IMG/VR virus record: IMGVR_UViG_3300005985_000001
Coordinates: 1-64,000 of that record
Length of the DNA stretch: 64,000 bases
From: a virus
Taxonomy: Duplodnaviria; Caudoviricetes
Strand: one strand, 5' to 3'
Both the position numbers and the translations under genes were made by a program. The notes beneath the pieces were generated by a model. That model worked only from the letters and a program-made list of their open reading frames with translations. It was not told the origin of the DNA and searched no databases. Shown here piece after piece: positions 53,144-62,100 of this stretch. Each line of letters begins with the position of its first letter. Positions within the stretch are counted from its first letter, which is position 1.

Positions 53144-54218
53144 TGTGATTGCGATCTTTCCCGGCAAGGAACGCACACCGGGAGGCTGTGAGATTTACCG
53201 CACCACCATGCCCTACTATCATCTTCAGAAGAAACACCCTGACTGGAAAGCGGACTGGGTATTTGGTGAAACCCTCTGGACGGACATCATGACCCGAGGA
53301 CCCATTGCCGCCAAGCAGTTTGCCGATCAGTATGACATCTTTGTGTTTCCCCGAAACTACGTCAAAGATGAAACAGGATTGGATAACTACCGTGAAATCA
53401 CTGATCTTTTGCATCATCTGGGTAAGCGCCTGATCTACGAAGTGGATGATGATCTGACCAATCAGGAACGTCAGGTCATTAACGGTGATGCAGTGAGTGT
53501 TGCCAAGCTCTGCGATGCTATCACGGTTACGACCAAAGCCCTCGGCGACCTGATGAAAGCCAGAACCGGCAAGCCCGCCTACGTGCTGCCGAATATGTTT
53601 GCCCCAGAAACCTGGCTGGAGCCTTTTGCCGGAACGTTCCGTTATGCCGACAAGATCACGATTGGTTTGACCGGCTCTCCCACACACGAACGCGATTGGG
53701 AAGTGCTCAAAGATGTGCTGCCGAAAGTCGTTCAGGATAATGGTGTGCATCTGGTGCTCATGGGCTATCACCCAGAGTATCTTCAGGATTTACCAAATAC
53801 TTCCTATATTCCAGGTTTGCAGTATAATAGATATGCGCAAGTCATCCAGACTTGCGACATTATCCTCGCTCCACTCAATCACGAAGTTTTCAATCTTAGT
53901 AAATCCCCGATAAAAGTCCTTGAAGGACAAGCTGCCCGACGCTTCATTGACAAGCGTCCCGCAGGAGCCGCCTGTATTGCCACTGATCATCCGGTCTATC
54001 GACTTGCCATAAAGCCTGAAAAAACCGGATTGCTCGTTGAGCATACGCCGAGCGCCTGGCAGGAAGCTCTGGATCGCATGATCTATGATGAGCGCCTGCG
54101 GCATCAGCTTCAATTCAACGGTCATGAATGGGTGCAGAAGCACCACGACATCTCCAAGACCGCAACCCTCTGGCGCAACGCCTACGAAAGCATTCTCCGC
54201 AAACCCATCCCCGCTTAA
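53136..54218 (+). CDS. GT-B (family 4-like) glycosyltransferase
   Basis: IYEVDDDL, CDAITVTTKALGD, VLPN, IGLTGSPTHERDW, DIILAPL...FN.SKSPIKVLE, TGLLV. Confidence 0.88.
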   Translation: MPNVIAIFPGKERTPGGCEIYRTTMPYYHLQKKHPDWKADWVFGETLWTDIMTRGPIAAKQFADQYDIFVFPRNYVKDETGLDNYREITDLLHHLGKRLIYEVDDDLTNQERQVINGDAVSVAKLCDAITVTTKALGDLMKARTGKPAYVLPNMFAPETWLEPFAGTFRYADKITIGLTGSPTHERDWEVLKDVLPKVVQDNGVHLVLMGYHPEYLQDLPNTSYIPGLQYNRYAQVIQTCDIILAPLNHEVFNLSKSPIKVLEGQAARRFIDKRPAGAACIATDHPVYRLAIKPEKTGLLVEHTPSAWQEALDRMIYDERLRHQLQFNGHEWVQKHHDISKTATLWRNAYESILRKPIPA

Positions 54219-54239
54219 TACTTAGTAAAGGTTTTTATC

Positions 54240-55346
54240 ATGTCTGTTTCTGCGCAGCTAGGCGACTTTGGATTCGCCATTCAGCCTTCTAAAGTCGGTC
54301 GAACTGGAACCTATACCGGTTCCGGTTACAAGTGGTATCGTATGGACCCGCTCACGGTCCGTATGGATATTATTCAGGGCGACCAGGTGCTTCCACCCGA
54401 AGTTTCGCCGGACATTGTGCCGAAAGGCGCGTATAAGGACGGCTATTTCGGTGCAGGTCAGGCCGACCTGATCCCGCGTCTTCAGAACTCCTTCGGCGCA
54501 CTGCTCTGGGGCTTGATGGGCAACGCCTCATCGGTCACAGGCAAGGACACCGATGGCGTGTCTGCGACGAACGTCAATACTCACATTTTCAGTTACAACC
54601 CAAGCGACAAGGCAGATCAGCCCTGGATGTCCTTCCGACGCCTGATCCCTGGCAAAGTAGCCGCAGATCGCTATGGGCAGACCTTCTTCGATGCCAAAGT
54701 TGCCAATGCGCGTATTACTATCCCGCAGAAGGGCAAGCTGATGGCGCGAATCACGATGGTGGCCCGTGATGTGGATCAGGAAGAGAACCCCACCTGGGTC
54801 TGGGATGTGGACTATGAAGACACGACTTCTACGCCACAATCCGATCAGGGTTATCTGAAGATGCAGGGTACGGAATTTCCGATCACGGGTGCGGTTTTTG
54901 AACTGGACAATGGCTTGACTACGCCAGATCAGGAACGCATCATTGGCGATCCCCGCCCTGATGACTTCACGGCACTCTATCGTCCGGCAACCCTGCGGTT
55001 TGTCTACAAGTGGGAAGACCCCAGCCTGTATCAGCAGGTATTCAATGGCGGCGACGGTCTGACCGACTGGGATCCGCTGCCGAAGATCTTCTCGACGGTT
55101 GGCGCGAACTTCGCCTTCGATGCCATGTTCGAGACGCCGTTGACTATTAGTGGTTCTTCGCCTGCACGAAAGTATGCGGTACGTATTCGTGGCAACAGTG
55201 CCACGCTTGCTCCAGATGGCCCAATTGAACTTGCAAGCGCAACCCTGCTCCAGCAGGCATTCACGCTGACTATCCTCAAAGCAACCGGCAATGCGCCGTA
55301 TCTCCAGATTCTGCTCCAGAACGGTGTCACTGGTTATTCTGCCTAA
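54240..55346 (+). CDS. Major tail (tube) protein
   Basis: 368 aa beta-rich protein preceding chaperones and the tape measure position. Confidence 0.75.
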   Translation: MSVSAQLGDFGFAIQPSKVGRTGTYTGSGYKWYRMDPLTVRMDIIQGDQVLPPEVSPDIVPKGAYKDGYFGAGQADLIPRLQNSFGALLWGLMGNASSVTGKDTDGVSATNVNTHIFSYNPSDKADQPWMSFRRLIPGKVAADRYGQTFFDAKVANARITIPQKGKLMARITMVARDVDQEENPTWVWDVDYEDTTSTPQSDQGYLKMQGTEFPITGAVFELDNGLTTPDQERIIGDPRPDDFTALYRPATLRFVYKWEDPSLYQQVFNGGDGLTDWDPLPKIFSTVGANFAFDAMFETPLTISGSSPARKYAVRIRGNSATLAPDGPIELASATLLQQAFTLTILKATGNAPYLQILLQNGVTGYSA

Positions 55347-55368
55347 GTAGACAAGGAACTTATTCCCC

Positions 55369-55788
55369 ATGCGTTTGTCCAAGAAGCCCGTTGAGAAGAC
55401 ATTTACGAAAGACTTTGGCGGGGATAAGCCTGCCAGCATCACCGTCCGGCAGGCCAACATCGGCGACATCACCAAGCGTAATGGACTCCTTTCGGAGTCC
55501 TCGCTGGTACTCAATGATGAATTGCTCGGTCAGGAAATCAAGCAGGACATCAATTACTACGAGTTGTTCCGCTTTGAAGTGTTCCTGACCCTGACGGCTG
55601 CGAACTTCGAAGACGAGGACACCGGTGAGTCTTATTTCACCTTCGTGAATGGACGCCTGCGCGACCAAGCTGCTTTCGAGAAAGCTTGGAATGCCATGAC
55701 AGACATCGAAGTCGCGGACTGGATTCACGAGTGCGTGGTGGAAGTCAACCCACAGTGGAGCCGCCAGGTAGCAGACGCGGGGGAATAG
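55369..55788 (+). CDS. Tail assembly chaperone (gpG-like)
   Basis: 139 aa acidic protein ending in the GGGGGAA slippery site. Confidence 0.75.
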   Translation: MRLSKKPVEKTFTKDFGGDKPASITVRQANIGDITKRNGLLSESSLVLNDELLGQEIKQDINYYELFRFEVFLTLTAANFEDEDTGESYFTFVNGRLRDQAAFEKAWNAMTDIEVADWIHECVVEVNPQWSRQVADAGE

Positions 55789-56111
55789 ACCGCCACTTGA
55801 AGGCAGTAGGTGATGCTGTCTTCGAGTGGCTGAGTTATCACGAGCCGACTGCTCACGACCCACACGGGATCGGAGCAAAACCTGAAGGACCCGAGCCGGA
55901 GCGACCAGAAGCCTATGACATTCTTCTGCAACTCCGGCGTTTTCACTTAACCTGGGCGCAGGGCGGCTACGAAGACCAGCCCTGGCTGCTCACTGAAGAA
56001 CTCAATGCTGCGTCTGACGCGGAGACCCGGCACAAAAACTTAATTTTATTGAATCAGAAGCGCCGAGAAGAGTGGGCGGCTTCTCAGAAAGCAAAAGGTC
56101 TGCTGACATGA
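55369..56111 (+). CDS. Tail assembly chaperone, -1 frameshift product (gpGT-like)
   Basis: GGGGGAA at 55779-55785 just before TAG; the -1 frame stays open to 56111. Confidence 0.75.
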
Positions 56112-59100
56112 GACTTCGGCGCAACATGGCGTTCAATGCCAACCTCGATGTAGACAATCAGGATCACTACCGGCACTTGATGAATCGCCTGGATCGTGAA
56201 GGCATCAAGTACGGGATGAATGATGTCGATCTGGGCTTTGGGCGGAACCTCACGGCGATCACCATCAACCAGCGCATCCGCGATAAGGACGTGCAAAGCC
56301 ACCTCTTCTATGGTCCCGAAGGTGGCTTATATGTCTCTAACCCGAACAACACGGGTGGCGTGCGTCCGATCCTGTCCACCATTCGGTTCAATAAAGATGA
56401 ATCTATCTCGCCTTCCAATCCTCTGATGTCGCCGGTGGATCGTGTGATTAACATGATCCAGAATCCAAATTGGGAAGACCCAAAGACCAAGCGAGTTTCG
56501 CAGTATGGCTTGTCTACGCTGGCACAGAAACAGGGAGCAGATAACGTCTCCTGGCAGCGTCTCGAAGCCCAACCCGGTCTGGATCGCCTGTTTCGCAACG
56601 GCGTTCAACTGAGCGGTGAAAAGTATAGTTATAACGATAAGATTGACCAGCTTAATCGCGCAACCGGAAGTGATTATGTCAACTACGCGAGAGTAGGCGC
56701 AGCATATCGGGCGAAAGATTACGAGGCGGTGATTCCCACCAACAATGCTGGTGGAATGCTCATTTCAAAACTGAAGGAAGCAAAACTTTTCACCGGTAAA
56801 GTTTCGGATGCCGTCATTGGCAGAAACATCTACGAGCCATCCCCGGAGCCTTTCTACTTTGAAGGTCAGGCAGGTCCGAATCAGTCGGTCGTGCTTCGTG
56901 GCGCATTTGATCTTTTCTCGGAAATCCCTGAAGGCGCAGCATTTACGGCTGGTTTAGGGGCTGCCAATCGCATCAGTCGTACAGTAACACTCCCAAGAGG
57001 GACGACCTATGATCCCGATACAGGTGGGTTGACGCTGGCAAATGGCACCGCCTTAAGTGCGGGAACCTATTTTGGCGGGAAGCCGCCCGGCAGTTATAGT
57101 GACTATACCCGCCTGGGTGGAAAACGTGAATATAACGACATCTTTGGCGTTTCAATGGGAAGTTATCACTCGACGCTGATCGAGAATATTGTTCCCGAAC
57201 TCAATGATCGTGGGCAGTTCACGGGTCGAGCAACCTTTGATGCGCGTGCCATTACCAAAGACGTAGCCATAAAATCATGGATAAAAGCCGAAGGGATGGA
57301 CATTCACCGTTCGGCAATGCCTTTTGACGAGGAAACAGATCGGCATGTCGATACCTGGATGCGCTTGCCCGATCTCAAGAAACTGCCTGCACTGGCTTTA
57401 AAAGCCCTTGCCGCAGATATGAATAATACAGAAGCTTTTGGGCAATGGTTCGGTGAACAGGCGTCTGCGCGTGGGATGTCAGCGGACTGGATTGCTCAGA
57501 ATTTCCAGAATGGGCAGGTCAGTAAAGAAGCCACGCCACTGGTAACAGAGGCAGCCATTCAGCGTTTATTAAGCAAGGCAACGTACAATCCACAAAATCC
57601 GCGTCGGAATGTTCCATTAGGATCAACTGAATACGAAGCCTTTCGTAATGTGACCTTTATCCATCAGGGACAGTCCTACAATGTACTTGGAAATGTACAA
57701 GCCCGCGATGATGGAACCTATCTTGCGGAGACTTTCCATACACCCCGGATTGTCACCGACTACGCGACTAATGTGCGTACTGAACATGTGCGCGATACGA
57801 TGCGAATTAAGCCGGGAACGCTGTCCATCATGGCACAGAATAACCCGGAACTCTTTGATTCGCTGACATCCATTGCTCAGGCAACCCGGAAGAACAACCG
57901 CGCTTTTGCCATGACCTCGGCATTTCGCGCCAATAGTTCATCCGAACAACGTCAGGCAGTGCAGGATATATTTGGTATCGACAAACTGGATATTGCTCAG
58001 GTCGGACGTTTACGAGAAGAATATCTGTCGAATAACACGGATGTCAGTGATAGTGGCATGTTCCGTCACATTCTCAGTGGATTGGCTGAGCAGTATGGCG
58101 AGCAAGCACTGGAACTGAAGACTCCACAGGGGTCGATGATCCTACCCAATGCCCGAACGATTCGGGCAGGATTGCGACGAAACAATGATAACCCGGAATT
58201 AATCAACAACTGGTCAAAAAGTGCAGCGGGTCTGATTACTGCACTAGGGGATGATTCTATTTCTCCCGATATTATTCAGAACATGGCCAATGACACTTAT
58301 GCCAGAATGGAAGAACATTCTGGCAAGCGGGGTGTTCAGCAAAAAGCCACGAGTATTGAACTCGGGCGGTTAGGCGGTTTTGCGCGTTCAACGCCTGGTA
58401 TTCCCGATAACATGGCAATTACCTCATTGGCAACCATTCAAAAACGGACGGGTATCGAGAATCCTGATGAGATACGCCGGATGGCAGCGCAAGGTGACCT
58501 TGTGCTCTCTGGCTGGCGCTATCCCTCTACGCACGCGAAAGACTTTGCTGCATCGGTTCGACTGGGCATTTATGAAGATCAACCGCAGTGGTACAAAGAT
58601 CGCTATCTAAATCCAGGAAGGGATGTTTACACCTCTCCTGAAATCATGCGGGCGTTGCGCGGAGACAATGATGGCGACCGCTTTCAAGCTGTCCTAAATC
58701 GTTTTCGAACGCAAGCAGCCGAATTCGGGAAATCCCTTACTGCACTCACGCCAAGACAGGTCGTTCAACGTGCAGCCAATGCGTTTGAGAGCGAACGCAC
58801 CAAGTTCATCAAAACGATGGCGGAACGTTCCGGGATGGATCTGGCGAACACACCTTTGTCTGCGTTCTCATCTTTCTCCTATTCCCAGAAACAAATGCGC
58901 GAAGATTTTCTCACAGAGGAGCGAGAAGCCAAGAGTCTGATTGGCATCAACACCAACACCTTTAACCGCAGTATGGGGATGGCAGCGCGTTCTGGTGCAG
59001 AGCAGCTTTTTGGAGTCGATAGTCCGCTGACGGACCGGATTGCAGTGGCGTTTTCGAGCATTGAGAATATCACCGGCGCATCAGCACTCGACCGCGCTGC

Positions 59101-62100
59101 TAACAAGGACACTGCTCTGGAATACTTGCAGCAGGTGGGACAGGACAAGGGGCTGTATCGCACAGGTGCACGATTCTGGAACCGCTCAACCGGCAAAACT
59201 CTGACCGGACCAGAATCTCAATTCCAGGAAATTTTTAAACAACTTTCTAGTATTGGTTCTAACCTGGAAGGTGAGCCGGTGCTGGGTATTAGCCCAGATC
59301 AGGAATACCGGCAAAAACTAGCGCCTGCGATTGCGACGGCAATGCTCACGCGCGACGAGATGAAACGCCTGGCGGATTCTGGCGAACTGGATCAGCGCAT
59401 CAACCAGATGGCAGATATGCTTACTCAGCGCCGTGCCACTGGAGAAGACATCAGCACCCAGCTTTTGCCACTGACCGGCGCTGCAAAATTTGCGGAGTGG
59501 GGTGAAGGCAACGGTTCTGGATTGGGTTCACAGTCCAGTATTGGACAGTGGATTACTGGACAGATTGCCAATAACTATCGCTTGTCACAACGCAAAGATA
59601 AAAGTGGCAATAAGATGGTTGACGCCAACGGGAAACCCGTCATTATGGGTGAGTTCCCGACCGACTGGGGCGCACAGTATGAGAATGCAGGCAAGATTGC
59701 CCAGAGCATACAAGAATTTAATACCAATCTCGGCAAGCGGCGAGGGAATAATACACTGGAACAGGCGGTTCGCTCAGTAGCCGGTGGCGGCGAACGTCTG
59801 AAAAACTTCCTCGGTGGTATGTTCCCTGGACTGGCGCAGGCTACACAGCGATTCGCTGTTGCACCGGTTGATGATCCAAGTTTGTACAATCCAGGCGCTT
59901 ACCTGACCGCCTCACAGTGGACCAGTGGCACCGGAGTAGACGATGAACTGCTGCGTCTGGTGAATTTGAACACCACCTCAGCGGAACGTTCCGGCGTAAT
60001 TGCCGAACTGATGAAGTCCGGTGCATTCCAGGAGTATCGTCCCTACAGCGGTCCTGCCAATAACGCGGATAAAGTCGGGACGCGCATGGAGAATGTGCTG
60101 ACCGGCAAACTGGCAGCCCCTGAGAACCAACAGATTCTTATGGCGAATGCTCGGCGTCGTATGGGCAACTCTCGGGCGGACTTCGGGATGCGCGACAGTG
60201 CAGGCAACCTGGTAGTCGGTGACATCAAGACCAAGAGCCGCACGGGGCTGATGAGTGACCTTCTGGGTCCGTCTCTGCGTGGCGACATCATGGGTCAGGT
60301 CTCCAACTACATCACCGGTACTCGTATCGACGGCGGCGAACGTCAGACCGGCGATTACGGCGTGGTCGTAGGCGGGATTCGTCTTAGCGACAACCCGAAC
60401 ATGCCGGAATCTGAAGTCGCGGCTGGGTTCGAGCAGGCGCACGATCTGGCGATGCAGATGTACAGTAACAGCCAGATGCCGACTTCATGGGCAAATGCAG
60501 GCTGGACGCAGGAACGATGGGAGTCTCATCGTCAAGCCTCGATGCAGGCCATGCAGGACATTTACGCCGCTTCGGGGATGAAAGTGGCTGCGCGGGTTGT
60601 GACCGGTGAAGAAGCAGAACAGTTCCTCAATGCCCGTCAGGGCGACATCTACAATCTGAAGTCGATTCGTCCTGAGCATCGTGCTGCGGACATGGCGGGT
60701 CGTGCGCAGCAAATCATGGCGCTGCGTGGTGGCGGCAATATCAGTGGTTCTGGAGTAGGCTCTCCGCCCCCTCCAAACATGCCTGGCGCACCTCCGGCTC
60801 CACCTTCGGGCGACGATGGCTATGTTCCGTCCAGTGCCAGTGGAAGCGGCGGCTCGGGTGGCGGCGGCTCAGTGGTCAACAATAACACTGTCTACCGGAT
60901 GTCCAACCCACGCATCACATCCAAGCAGATTGCCGAAGCAGAGATCGCACTGGAACATCTTGGCGAAGCCGCGAAGACCTTTGCAACCGGATCTAAAGAA
61001 GCCCGCGAAGAGATGCTCAAGCACTACGATGCTTTGAAGACTGTCTCTTCATACCTGAGTGACGTGGAGCGGGCACAGCGTTCGCCGGACGGCTTCAATA
61101 CCAACAATCCTAACTATCTTCTGCTTCAGCAGCGATTGGGCAGCGGGCGTGCAGGTGGCTCGGCGTTTGGCACCATCAACAATGCCGTTTATGATCCTGC
61201 ATTGAGCAATGCGGCTTATGAAGCCCAGCTTGCCAATATGCGAGACACCGGCGAAGAGCCGCCGCAATCTCGGCTCCAGCGCATGATGCGCGGCGGGCAG
61301 GATCTCGCTGAACGTATCATCAAAACGCAGGGCTTGTTCCATGCAAAGCTGGCGTTCAATATGTTTGCAGGCTCGGCGATTGGCGCAGCCGATAACTGGC
61401 AGGATCAGCAAGCTGCACAGGGAATGATGCTGGCACAAGCCGGTCAGTTGACGTTCAATCAACTGATGGGCAGTCAATTCGGAACCATGCAGCGTCGTAA
61501 CATCGCCCTTCAGGAAGGCGGGCTTGCCTATGGGCAACAGGTCTACAGCGCCTATGCGCCGTTGATCAACTTCGCAGCCGGTCCCGACACTGCGAAAGGT
61601 CCGCTGGGCGCAATGGCAGGGATTGGCGTGCCTGCGTTTGGCGTTGCGGCGGCTGCGACGACACTTACTGGCAGTCCTCTCTTTGGTGCTGTAGCGGGTG
61701 GTGTCACAGCCGGTATCGGCACGCTTGGCTATATGTCATCGAATGCCGTAAACTATCAGGCAGTCGGCGCATTTAATCAGCAGCGCAATGCCGGGATGGG
61801 CTTACAGGCAATGTTCCAGAATACAGCCGGAGCAGCCGGGGCTTTCTGGAATGATCTGGGGCGCGGGTTGGGTCTTGTTTCCGACGAAGACTACCAGCGG
61901 TATCTGGATGCGCCTCAGTTCAACGACCTGATTCAACGTTATTCACGCGGCGAAGTTGGGCGTCAGGAAGCAATTGCTCAAGCCGAAGCCATGCGTTTCA
62001 ATGGTGGCGACCTGATGGCAGGTGGCTTGGAGGCCTGGGTGCAGTCCCAGACTCGCGCAGGTGCATCTCGTGAAACGGCATTGAGCAACTACAGCTACTG

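Larger units (their letters stand above)
2063..59993. repeat. Dispersed 12-bp palindrome CGGAACGTTCCG (>=22 perfect, >=6 single-mismatch copies)
   Basis: Perfect starts: 2063, 2651, 5003, 8781, 9638, 11685, 15360, 21920, 23911, 26510, 27545, 34962, 36524, 38026, 38683, 40017, 41596, 47372, 51948, 53630, 58821, 59982. 11/12 matches: 12861, 19175, 27366, 29248, 32509, 49327. Confidence 0.95.

Noticed and set aside
2063-59993. Palindrome copies as a CRISPR array or IS/REP ends
   Set aside because: Copies are 12 bp, irregularly spaced 0.2-5.8 kb apart and mostly inside genes; no spacers, no transposase and no shared flanks.
2063-59993. Palindrome as a host SOS box
   Set aside because: The Firmicute-type LexA box needs a 4-bp spacer (GAAC-N4-GTTC); this motif has none.
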